From Bacillota bacterium (lineage in GTDB: Bacteria > Bacillota > Clostridia > Monoglobales > Firm-18): a stretch of 64,000 bases of DNA. The stretch spans positions 4,924 through 68,923 of the forward strand of contig JAKJBX010000009.1 of NCBI GenBank assembly GCA_022706765.1, read 5' to 3'. The stretch's first letter is position 1. Every line of letters begins with the position of its first letter. Positions 46,496 to 54,794 of the stretch are shown here, piece after piece. A program made the position numbers and the translations under genes. The notes beneath the pieces were generated by a model. That model saw only the letters and a list, made by a program, of their open reading frames with translations, was not told the origin of the DNA and ran no database searches.

Positions 46496-46756
46496 GGCGT
46501 GTTGACACTAAGTGAATGTGCGGATTTTTGAGCGGATTTTGTGTCAGGCGAGGCAAATTTTTGAAGGCATAATTTGTTTATGGTGAAAAGTGCCTTACGG
46601 CACTTTTGGTGCGTAGTCACAAACCTTTGCCAAGGAATTAATTCACATCTTGTCTTACAGGAAATTCGAGGAATTTCCTGTAAGACAAGAAAATTTAACG
46701 CAGTATGGCGCAAAACACTCCAAAAATGGGTACGTTTGGCTTGGTGTTAACACGCC
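46496..46756 (+). repeat. family E MITE-like element copy 2, carrying a nested family A element
   Basis: TIRs GGCGTGTTGACAC and GTGTTAACACGCC. Collinear with the reverse complement of 1638-1796, except for the insert at about 46585-46690. Confidence 0.75.
46585..46690. repeat. family A composite element, full copy nested inside family E
   Basis: GAAAAGTGCCTTACGGCACTTTT, AAACCTTTGCCAAGGAATTAATTCA and hairpin CTTGTCTTACAGGAAAT..ATTTCCTGTAAGACAAG. Confidence 0.7.
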
Positions 46757-46758
46757 CT

Positions 46759-46926
46759 AATAGACTTCTTGCAAAACCTGTCGCAAATGGATAAGTGAGG
46801 ATTTTTTCTGTTTATCAAGGCGTCAGGTTTCGCCGATACTGTATGTATCGGCAGGTTCTGACAACGATGAGAAACGGGAAAAAGACCGTTTTTGCCATTG
46901 CGCAGAGGTTTTGCAAGAAGTCTATT
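46759..46926 (+). repeat. family B MITE-like element (~168 bp) with ~22-bp TIRs AATAGACTTCTTGCAAAACCT
   Basis: Second copy at 54398-54563. Internal long hairpin around GCCGATACTGTATGTATCGGC. Confidence 0.8.
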
Positions 46927-46961
46927 AGGTAACAATGCAAAAGAAAGAGGGTTTTTCAAAA

Positions 46962-47849
46962 ATGTTCGACGTCATCATCATCGGCAGCGGACCTGCCGGT
47001 ATTTCCGCAGCGCTCTATACTCGCCGTGCGGGGCTCAATACCCTCGTCATCGGGCGTGACAGCGGCTCACTCGCCAAGGCGGGCGCCATTGAGAATTACT
47101 ACGGCTTTTCAGAGCCCGTTTCGGGCAATGATTTGATTAACAGCGGCATCGCCGCTGTCAAACGTCTCGGCGTTGAGGTGATCTCCGACGAGGTGGTCGG
47201 ACTGCAATGGAACGGCAACCTGTTCGTTCGGACAAAAACGCTTACGCTTGAAGCCGTCTGCGTCATCATCGCAACGGGAACCACACGCAACACACCGAAA
47301 ATTGAGGGGCTTACCGAGTTTGAGGGCAGGGGCGTCAGCTATTGCAGCACCTGCGACGGCTTTTTCTTCCGAGGCAAGGATGTTTGCGTCTTAGGCGAGG
47401 GCAGCTATGCGCTCAGCGAGGTGCAAGAGCTTTTACCGATCGCCAAATCGGTCACCCTCGTTACCAATGGATTGACGCCTGCGGTCTCTGTTCCCGACGA
47501 GGTTGCGGTAAACACGAAAAAAATTCTTTCCGTCAGCGGTACTTCCGCGGTTGAGGAAATGGTGTTCGAGGACGGAACGACGCTGAAAACCGACGGCGTA
47601 TTTGTGGCTGTCGGCGTGGCGGGCAGCACCGACCTTGCCAAAAAGGTCGGCGCACAGGTCGCTGGTACGAAAATCGTGGTGGATGAGAATATGGAGACCA
47701 ATATCCCCGGGCTCTATGCCGCAGGCGATTGCACAGCAGGTATGCTGCAAATTGCCAAAGCGGTCTATGAGGGTGCAAAGGCAGGCACCGAGGCGATCAA
47801 ATTCGTGCGAAAATACGCCGCACAATCGGAGAAAACGAATCAGGGGTGA
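46962..47849 (+). CDS. trxB: thioredoxin-disulfide reductase family flavoprotein
   Basis: VIIIGSGPAGISAALY FAD motif and the CSTCDG redox centre. Confidence 0.85.
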   Translation: MFDVIIIGSGPAGISAALYTRRAGLNTLVIGRDSGSLAKAGAIENYYGFSEPVSGNDLINSGIAAVKRLGVEVISDEVVGLQWNGNLFVRTKTLTLEAVCVIIATGTTRNTPKIEGLTEFEGRGVSYCSTCDGFFFRGKDVCVLGEGSYALSEVQELLPIAKSVTLVTNGLTPAVSVPDEVAVNTKKILSVSGTSAVEEMVFEDGTTLKTDGVFVAVGVAGSTDLAKKVGAQVAGTKIVVDENMETNIPGLYAAGDCTAGMLQIAKAVYEGAKAGTEAIKFVRKYAAQSEKTNQG

Positions 47850-47856
47850 GACAATC

Positions 47857-48534
47857 ATGCCAAGCAGCGAGGATTTGCGGTTTATACAAAAGCATTTTGA
47901 TTTTTGGGACAAACTGACTCCGCAGCAAAAGGCGGTCATGCTGGAAAACATCGTGCCGATGACCTACCGGCAGGGGCAGAACATCCATCGAGGCGACAAC
48001 GACTGCGTGGGCGTCATCCTGATCAAATCAGGCAGGCTGAGGACCTATATCCTGTCGGAGGACGGCAAGGAGGTCACCCTTTTCCGGCAGGGCGAGGGCG
48101 ACTCCTGCATACTGTCTGCATCATGTATGCTGAAAAACATCACCTTTGATGTGCACATCGACGCCGAAAAGGACAGCGAGGTGTTTGTGCTCAGCACTGT
48201 CGTTTTTGAGCAGCTGTGCTATGAGAACGTTTATGTCGAGAATTTTTCATACAGAATCACCACCTCGCGTTTTTCCGATGTGATGTGGGCGATGGAGCAG
48301 ATACTGTTTATGAGCTTCCAGAAGCGGCTGGCAATTTTCCTGACCGACCAAATCGCACTGGACGGCTCCGACTGCGTTACCATGACCCACGAGGCGATCG
48401 CCAACCATATGGGCAGCGCGCGGGAGGTCGTTTCCCGTATGCTCAAATATTTCCAAAATGAGGGCATCGTCGAGCTGTCTCGGGGCGACATCAAAATCAC
48501 CAACAAAAAAAAGCTGCGTACAATGGCGTCGTAG
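47857..48534 (+). CDS. Crp/Fnr family transcriptional regulator
   Basis: cNMP-binding-like fold (GRLRTYILSEDGKEVTL) and a C-terminal HTH (THEAIANHMGSAREVVSRMLKYF). Confidence 0.85.
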   Translation: MPSSEDLRFIQKHFDFWDKLTPQQKAVMLENIVPMTYRQGQNIHRGDNDCVGVILIKSGRLRTYILSEDGKEVTLFRQGEGDSCILSASCMLKNITFDVHIDAEKDSEVFVLSTVVFEQLCYENVYVENFSYRITTSRFSDVMWAMEQILFMSFQKRLAIFLTDQIALDGSDCVTMTHEAIANHMGSAREVVSRMLKYFQNEGIVELSRGDIKITNKKKLRTMAS

Positions 48535-48587
48535 GGCGGGACTATTTTAAAAGTGGTTTCATGACCATTCGCCAGTGTCTTTCAAAT

Positions 48588-48621
48588 CAAACAACCCCCG
48601 AAAAAATTCGGGGGTTGTTTG
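48588..48621. terminator. bidirectional terminator CAAACAACCCCCG-AAAAAATT-CGGGGGTTGTTTG
   Basis: 13-bp perfect arms. Confidence 0.7.
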
Positions 48622-48651
48622 TATGAACATCGGTTTATGCAAATAATCATC

Positions 48652-48912
48652 TCACTGGAGAGGGAATTCCTCCAAGAAATAATCCGCATGTACCGAAAAT
48701 ATTTCGCAAAGCACTTTGAGTTCAATGTCAGTGACGTATCTTTCGCCGTTTTCAATTCTTTTGATTGCGGTTTTATCCATATCTATCCCTTTTAATTGCA
48801 TCATTTCAGCAAGCTGCCGCTGTGATGCTTTCGCAGGCAATTTTTTTCTGAGCATATAAACCTTTTTCCCGCAAAGGTTGCGGCTTCCGTCTTTTGACCT
48901 GTGCTTAAACAT
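48652..48912 (-). CDS. XRE-family HTH protein
   Basis: SQRQLAEMMQLKGIDMDKTAIKRIENGERYVTDIEL. GGGGGGAGAAAG RBS. Confidence 0.75.
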   Translation of the reverse strand: MFKHRSKDGSRNLCGKKVYMLRKKLPAKASQRQLAEMMQLKGIDMDKTAIKRIENGERYVTDIELKVLCEIFSVHADYFLEEFPLQ

Positions 48913-49033
48913 CTTTCTCCCCCCATGTATTTCTATAATTTGAGTAATTATGAAAGAAATGACAATAGAAATTATAATTGAATTTCATAAGTACGCATTA
49001 CAAAAAAATAAAACTTTTTAAAAGCTGTATATA

Positions 49034-49150
49034 AAAAAGTACCGCAAGGCACTCTTTTATGCGTTGACGCAAGCCCTTTCCAATATTTTTCAACTAAGGA
49101 ATGAATTACTTTTATCTAATAGGAAATTTGAAAAATTTCCTATTAGATAA
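49034..49150. repeat. family A composite element, full copy
   Basis: AAAAAGTACCGCAAGGCACTCTTTT, CTAAGGAATGAATTAC and hairpin TATCTAATAGGAAAT..ATTTCCTATTAGATA. Confidence 0.65.
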
Positions 49151-49269
49151 AAAAGCTGCATTTTCGATGAGAAAATGCAGCTTTTAACATGTTTGTGTGA
49201 AGCGAACGAAATAGATGCCACTATTTTCGGCGAGAAAATATTGTTAAGGTACGCGTCTCTTTGACACGC

Positions 49270-50704
49270 TCAGAGGTTATGGATAACGCGGTTAGCAGCT
49301 TGCACATCAAACTCATAATCAGAACGACAAAAATATGCAGCGAATTCTTCCAAACACCAATTATTATCTTTCATTATTTGAGCAATTTCTTTTCCTACAT
49401 CTGAAACGATAAAAGGATTTTGTTTTCCTGTAATATGTTTTTTCCCCTCAGGATAACGTACAACCAACCCTTCTTCACAAGACAACTCTTGTATTAATCC
49501 TGCAATTTGTCGATAAAGTTGGTATTTGTCTTTTAAAAAGATATCATAAAGAAGTGTATCCCCCGGTAATTGAACATTGTTTTCCGCAGCATAATAAAAT
49601 CTTAAATCAGATTCATTACATAAAAGCAATGCAGTTTTCCCTGTTACCATATCATTAAACTGAGGGACGGAAAGCATAGTGTCAGCAAAAATAAAACCTT
49701 GTTCTGAGCCAAAGACATATCTCGCCATACTATAATCACCATTATACCGCGCTTTATCAACAAAATAATCGGCCCAACCACGTGTTATTCTAATATCAAA
49801 TCCTGTTAATTCTCTGATTTTGGCATTCATTCTCTCAATAACTTCACAAGTTCTTTCATTTATTTCTAAAGGAGCATCAACTTCACCAAGTCTCTGTTCC
49901 GGGGCTTCTCTATGTATAATCGTTAAATTATCAGGTGTATAACCAGTCTTGGTTTCGTAATTGTAAGGAACTAATCTGTTGTAAGGATTGATTAAAGTAT
50001 ATGGCCAATTTTCTTCTGTCAACGTATTATATTTTTCAGCAAACGTCGCTTTACTTACTTCTTCGTCCGGACCATATCCCACATAAGTTGGAATATCCAA
50101 ATTCAAATTAACAGTTCGTATTACTTCCGCAATATCCATGCTCGGATTTTTTTGCGCAAACTCTACATATCTTCTATAGTGTTCCGGTTTTGCATTCACG
50201 CCATCCTGCCCAAATGCACCAATGATTTTTTTTGTCATTTCATAAGCCGCTTTGTTTTCATAACTCTTTTCAATAGTAACACTGTTTGTTTTTTCCTCCC
50301 ATTCAACTTTAGCGCCCATTGTTTCCGCAATAGCGCGCAGCGGCCCTAATGTACGTCCGTTTATCACCTGTGAAGGAACATCAAACACAAATTTTTCGTC
50401 ATTCACAACAATTTCATTGGTTTCTAACTTATGATAGATTTGATTGCCATCAGAGGTTAAAACAATCATACTGTTCTCTTTTGGATTATAACAAACGATT
50501 CCCCTCATTGCTTCGTAAATGGCGCGGAAAGGAACCAAGGTTCTACCGTTGATAATAATGGGGGGGCTGGTCAAAGGTCAGCGGGCTGCCGTTTAATAAA
50601 ACGGATATGTTTTTGCTTTCTTCCGCAAAAACAAAGTTTACAGTTCCTATAAGCAGCAGTACGGTCAAAAGAAAAGCAAGCCCTTTTTGAAAATGTTTTT
50701 TCAT
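49270..50704 (-). pseudogene. secreted protein with two copper-amine-oxidase-N-terminal (stalk) repeats and an unassigned C-terminal domain, interrupted by a +1 frameshift in a C7 tract
   Basis: Signal-peptide ORF MKKHFQKGLAFLLTVLLLIGTVNFVFA..LLNGSPLTFDQPP stops shortly after the G7/C7 run at 50560-50566. Removing one C reads DQPPIIINGRTLVPFRAI straight into the 434-aa ORF. Confidence 0.75.
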
Positions 50705-50964
50705 TATCTTCTTTATCTCCATTCATTTTAGTATGGAATAGTTTTTACCCTTATTGCGTAAACTGGTATTGACACCATCATAAGAATGTGCTATATTGGT
50801 GTTATTAAGAGGGGTATGGCTGTACTGTACAGGATTGAATTCGTTCACGTCCTGATAGCCTACCTCTCTTATATTGTTTATGTCGTAAAAATAATCCTTT
50901 CCATTTTTGCTTTTTCTGACGATTTGTTTATAACAAACTTGCGAGCAAAGCAGCGGATGGTAGC

Positions 50965-51771
50965 ATGAACAGACGGAAGTTTAAGGATGATAAAGAGATA
51001 ATCAAAATAGATGGCGGCATACCTAAAATAATAGATAGATTCTTATTTGAGGCGGTGCAAAAAAGAATGTCAGAGAATAAAAGAATGAACGCGAGCCATA
51101 AGGCAAAGGCAGATTACATACTTAGCGGAAAATTGATTTGCGGGAAATGCGGGAATGTCATGACTGGCGAACGAAGGATAGGGGTGAGGGGCACATACCA
51201 TTATTACATATGCAATTACAAAAAGCGCACCGGGCAGTGTGACCAAAGGTCGCTTAGGGCTGACGAGATCGAACGCGAGGTAATAGACATGCTTAATCAG
51301 CAAATTTTTTCGATTGAGAATGTTGACGAAATATGCAAGAGGATTTTTGAAAGCTACCAAACCAAAGATATTGACAGCTTAGTTCAAGGATACAAAAACG
51401 AAATTAAAAGTATTGACACAAGAATTGAAAACCTCTATAAGGCGATAGAACAAGGTCTGATAGTTTCAGGAACCACGAACAGAATAAATACGTTATCCGA
51501 AGAAAAAAACGCGCTGCAGGTCAAGATTCTAGAAATTGAGAGCGTTCCGGCGAAAAACAAGTCTCTTGATGACATAAAAGAGACGTTCTCGCAAACGTCG
51601 GATATGTCAAAGTTGCCACCAAAAGAATTAAAAGCTGTTATCCAACGCTTTGTAGACAAAATATACATATATAATGAAGATAAAAAAACAAAAGTTAGGG
51701 TCTTGATAAACCCTAACAATGTCGATGTATCCGAGCTTTTGGATACGAGTGGCAGGGGCAGAAGGATTTGA
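50965..51771 (+). pseudogene. large serine recombinase, C-terminal part only (end of recombinase domain, zinc ribbon, coiled coil); catalytic resolvase domain missing
   Basis: LSGKLICGKCGNVMTGERR..YHYYICNYKK..CDQRSLRADEIE zinc-ribbon module. No upstream resolvase-domain coding in any frame. The last 22 nt overlap tRNA-Trp. Confidence 0.7.
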
Positions 51772-51825
51772 ACCCTCGACACACGGTTTTGGAGACCGTT
51801 GCTCTACCAACTGAACTATACCCCT
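51750..51825 (-). tRNA. trnW: tRNA-Trp (anticodon CCA), CCA end encoded
   Basis: Hand-folded cloverleaf: acceptor AGGGGTA/TGCCCCT, anticodon stem ACGGT/ACCGT with loop CTCCAAA, T-arm GAGGG-TTCAAAT-CCTTC. Confidence 0.9.
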
Positions 51826-51878
51826 TTATGAACGAACGACTTATATTATAACACGGTCAAAAGATGTTTGTCAACTAT

Positions 51879-51985
51879 TTTATTTCATGGGAAATCCGGA
51901 GAATTTACCATGAAATAAAGCATTAATTCATTCCTCGGCAAAGGTTTTCGGCTTCGTACCAAAAAGCGCCGCAAGACGCTTTTTC
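51879..51985. repeat. family A composite element, inverted full copy
   Basis: Hairpin TTATTTCATGG..CCATGAAATAA, ATTAATTCATTCCTCGGCAAAGG and AAAAAGCGCCGCAAGACGCTTTTT. Confidence 0.65.
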
Positions 51986-52036
51986 ACACCCGAAAAAGCC
52001 TGAATCATGCGCGTAAAATCAATTGGCACATTTTTA

Positions 52037-52065
52037 TTGACAACCGGCAGGAATTAAGGTATAAT
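52037..52065 (+). promoter_or_regulatory. rpmH promoter TTGACA-17-TATAAT
   Basis: Perfect consensus hexamers with a 17-nt spacer. Confidence 0.7.
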
Positions 52066-52144
52066 ATTTTCACTGTCAAAATGGGCAGGTATTGTTTGCG
52101 CCCTCATATATTTTACACTGACAGATGCGTAGGAGGAAAAGAAA

Positions 52145-52279
52145 ATGTTACAGACTTATCAACCGAAAAAGCGTCAAAGGAAAAAGGTCCACGGGTTCAG
52201 AGCCAGAATGGCGACCGCAAACGGCAGAAAGGTGCTTGCCCGCCGCCGTGCAAAGGGTCGCGCCCGTCTGACCGCATAG
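52145..52279 (+). CDS. rpmH: 50S ribosomal protein L34 (below the ORF-track cutoff)
   Basis: [53 protein letters not shown]. Confidence 0.93.
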   Translation: MLQTYQPKKRQRKKVHGFRARMATANGRKVLARRRAKGRARLTA

Positions 52280-52284
52280 TCATA

Positions 52285-52620
52285 GTGAAAAATACGGTTT
52301 CGCTTAACCAAAACACCTTGTTCAGACGGCTTTATTACCGGGGCAAGCCCCAGTACAGCCCGATTTTGCTTCTGCACAGTATGCCAAACGGTCTGTCATA
52401 CAACCGCTTTGGCATCACTGTAAGCAAAAAGCTCGGCAAGGCCGTCAGGCGCAACAAGGTTCGCAGGCGCATCTATGAGGCGTTTCGAAGGTATGAGCCT
52501 TCGCTCAAAGCAGGCTTTGACATCGTCATCGTCGCCAAGGTTGCTGCTTCCGACGCTGATTTTAACAGCTATTGCCGTGTGATCGGCGGTATGCTGAGGA
52601 AAGCGAATTTGTATCTATGA
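52285..52620 (+). CDS. rnpA: ribonuclease P protein component
   Basis: [30 protein letters not shown] motif. GTG start inferred. Confidence 0.85.
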   Translation: MKNTVSLNQNTLFRRLYYRGKPQYSPILLLHSMPNGLSYNRFGITVSKKLGKAVRRNKVRRRIYEAFRRYEPSLKAGFDIVIVAKVAASDADFNSYCRVIGGMLRKANLYL

Positions 52621-52826
52621 AGCATCTTTTCATTGCGCTCATTAAGCTTTACAGGCGGTTTATATCGCCGCTGAAAAGTCCAAGCTGTCGTTTTGTGCCG
52701 TCCTGCTCGATGTATGCGCTGACGGCTTTTCAAAAATACGGGGTGTTTAAGGGATTGTATCTGTCCGTGCGGCGGATACTGCGCTGCCACCCGTGGAGCA
52801 AGGGCGGGTATGACCCGGTTCCATAA
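52617..52826 (+). CDS. yidD: membrane protein insertion efficiency factor YidD
   Basis: [23 protein letters not shown]...[14 protein letters not shown]. Confidence 0.92.
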   Translation: MKHLFIALIKLYRRFISPLKSPSCRFVPSCSMYALTAFQKYGVFKGLYLSVRRILRCHPWSKGGYDPVP

Positions 52827-52885
52827 GTATTCACATACGCTAAACAGAGGATAAAGCGCCTTTGTGGGAAGGACTGTTCAACCAT

Positions 52886-53773
52886 ATGAATCTCTTTGGA
52901 ATAATATCAAGACCGTTCGGTCAGCTGCTTTTATGGCTGATTGGTTTAGTGGGCAATTATGGCGCCGCACTGATACTGTTTACCGTCATCGTCCGGTTGA
53001 TTTTGCTGCCGCTGGCAGTCAAACAGCAAAAGTCTATGATGGAAACGCAAAAAATCCAGCCTGAGCTGGCAAAAATCCGTGAAAAGTATAAAAACGACAA
53101 GCAAAAGCTCAATGACGAAATGATGAACCTTTATAAGGAACACAATGTCAATCCTGCCGGCGGCTGCCTGCCGCTTTTGATACAGTTCCCGATCATCATC
53201 GGACTTTTCAGCGTCATCAGACAGCCGCTGACCTATATGTACAATTTAACGTCGGAGCAGATCAAAAATCTTGCGGACGCCGTCGGATACTTTGTTGAAA
53301 AGGGACAGCTTGACGAGCTGCAAATCGCGCACAGTCTCACGCCGGAAATTCTCCAAAACGCAGGACTTAACAATATCGGTATCATCGATTTTAATTTTCT
53401 GGGTATGAACCTCAGCAAAACGCCTGTTTTTGGTATGAACACGATCGACATTCTGTGGTTGATACCGATTTTTGCTGCGATCACCACCTATTTGTCAACC
53501 AAGGTGATGTCCGCGGTGAATCAGAACCAAAACGCCAACGACAGCGCGGCGTCTACCATGAAAATGATGAATATGATTTTCCCGTTCATGACGGCAATGT
53601 TTGCCTTTCAAATGCCTGCCGGTGTAGGCCTTTACTGGATTTTGGGAAACATCATTCAAATACCCCAGCAAATACTGTTAAACCGTTATTTCAACGCCAA
53701 AAAGGCTTCCGAGCCTTTGGTCGTTGAGAAAAAGGAACCGAAGCCAAACAAGGGAGGCGGCAAAAAGAGATGA
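52886..53773 (+). CDS. yidC: membrane protein insertase YidC/SpoIIIJ
   Basis: NYGAALILFTVIVRLILLPL and NPAGGCLPLLIQFPI. Confidence 0.9.
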   Translation: MNLFGIISRPFGQLLLWLIGLVGNYGAALILFTVIVRLILLPLAVKQQKSMMETQKIQPELAKIREKYKNDKQKLNDEMMNLYKEHNVNPAGGCLPLLIQFPIIIGLFSVIRQPLTYMYNLTSEQIKNLADAVGYFVEKGQLDELQIAHSLTPEILQNAGLNNIGIIDFNFLGMNLSKTPVFGMNTIDILWLIPIFAAITTYLSTKVMSAVNQNQNANDSAASTMKMMNMIFPFMTAMFAFQMPAGVGLYWILGNIIQIPQQILLNRYFNAKKASEPLVVEKKEPKPNKGGGKKR

Positions 53774-54399
53774 GCAGAGTCGAAGTGAGCGCAAAGACTG
53801 TGGACGAGGCTGTTCGCAGTGCGATTGCGCAGCTCGGCATATCCGAAGCCGAGGCAGAGATTGAGATCGTCGACGAAGGGGCAAAGGGTCTTTTCGGTAT
53901 CGGCGGCAAGGATGCAAAGGTAATTGTGACAAAAAAGTCCGCCGGGCAGGATGCGGCAGAGATGGCAAGAGCGTTTATAGAAGAGCTGATCGACAGGATG
54001 GACTTGGTGTGTATCGCTGATGTCGAAGAAAAAGAAGACGTTATCAATGTGACTGTTTCGGGCAAAGGCGTCGGGGGGATCATCGGCAGACGGGGCGAGA
54101 CCCTGGATGCCGTTCAATATCTGACCAATCTGTACGTCAACAAGGGAAAGCACGGCGACGGTTATAAACGTGTGCTGATCGATTCGGAGAATTACAGGGC
54201 AAAGCGGGAAGAAACCCTCGTCCGCCTTGCAAACAGTATGGCGGCAAAGGCTTTGAAATACCGCAGGGAAATGAAGTTTGAGCCGATGAGCGCATACGAA
54301 AGACGGGTTATCCATTCGGCGCTGCAAAGCCATGGCGGCGTAACGACCAAAAGCATTGGTGAGGAGCCGTACAGGAAAATCGTTGTAAGCCCCAAATAA
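53770..54399 (+). CDS. jag: RNA-binding protein Jag/KhpB (KH and R3H domains)
   Basis: C-terminal R3H (EPMSAYERRVIHSAL). Conserved position after yidC. Confidence 0.88.
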   Translation: MSRVEVSAKTVDEAVRSAIAQLGISEAEAEIEIVDEGAKGLFGIGGKDAKVIVTKKSAGQDAAEMARAFIEELIDRMDLVCIADVEEKEDVINVTVSGKGVGGIIGRRGETLDAVQYLTNLYVNKGKHGDGYKRVLIDSENYRAKREETLVRLANSMAAKALKYRREMKFEPMSAYERRVIHSALQSHGGVTTKSIGEEPYRKIVVSPK

Positions 54400-54563
54400 T
54401 AGACTTCTTGAAAAACCTGTCGCAGATGGATAAACGCGGATTTTTTCTGTTTATCAAGGCGTCAGGTTCTGCTAATACTGTATGTATTGGTGGGTTCTGA
54501 CAACGATGAGAAACGGGAAAAAGACCGTTTTGCCATTGCGCAGAGGTTTTTCAAGAAGTCTAT
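54398..54563 (+). repeat. family B MITE-like element copy 2
   Basis: Aligns along its length with 46759-46926. The first bases overlap the jag TAA stop. Confidence 0.8.
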
Positions 54564-54633
54564 AAACCGACAAAACGGCTGCAAGGTGCGCTTTGGCTGA
54601 TAAAGCTGACCTTGCCGCCTTTTTTTGTGCGAA

Positions 54634-54700
54634 TTGCTCAAATGATGTGGAACACATCATTTGAGCAAATTAATTCATTCCTTGACAATGGGTCACGGCG
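54634..54700. repeat. family A composite element (hairpin plus linear motif)
   Basis: TTGCTCAAATGATGTG..CACATCATTTGAGCAA, then ATTAATTCATTCCTTGACAATGGGTCACGGCG. Confidence 0.6.
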
Positions 54701-54794
54701 AAGAGCCTATTACTTCCCCATGGCAGGCAGTCACGGGGGATTCCTTATAGTAAAGGCTTGCAAAAATGTTCTATAAATTAAGCAGGTGAAAGCT

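Noticed and set aside
45090-46500. oriC with DnaA boxes near the strand-polarity switch.
   Set aside because: No TTATCCACA or TGTGGATAA or close variants were seen by eye, and no dnaA gene is present. It is kept only as a low-interest observation about gene order.
46492-46959. Small ORFs 46492-46713, 46747-46959 and 54472-54660.
   Set aside because: They lie entirely inside MITE-like repeats whose conservation pattern is nucleotide and structure based (TIRs, hairpins). No RBS is present.
50786-50968. 60-aa ORF just upstream of the recombinase fragment, a possible remnant of the missing resolvase domain.
   Set aside because: The translation shows none of the serine-recombinase catalytic motifs in this or the other frames. 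It is treated as non-coding remnant DNA with a promoter-like TTGACA-17-TATATT.
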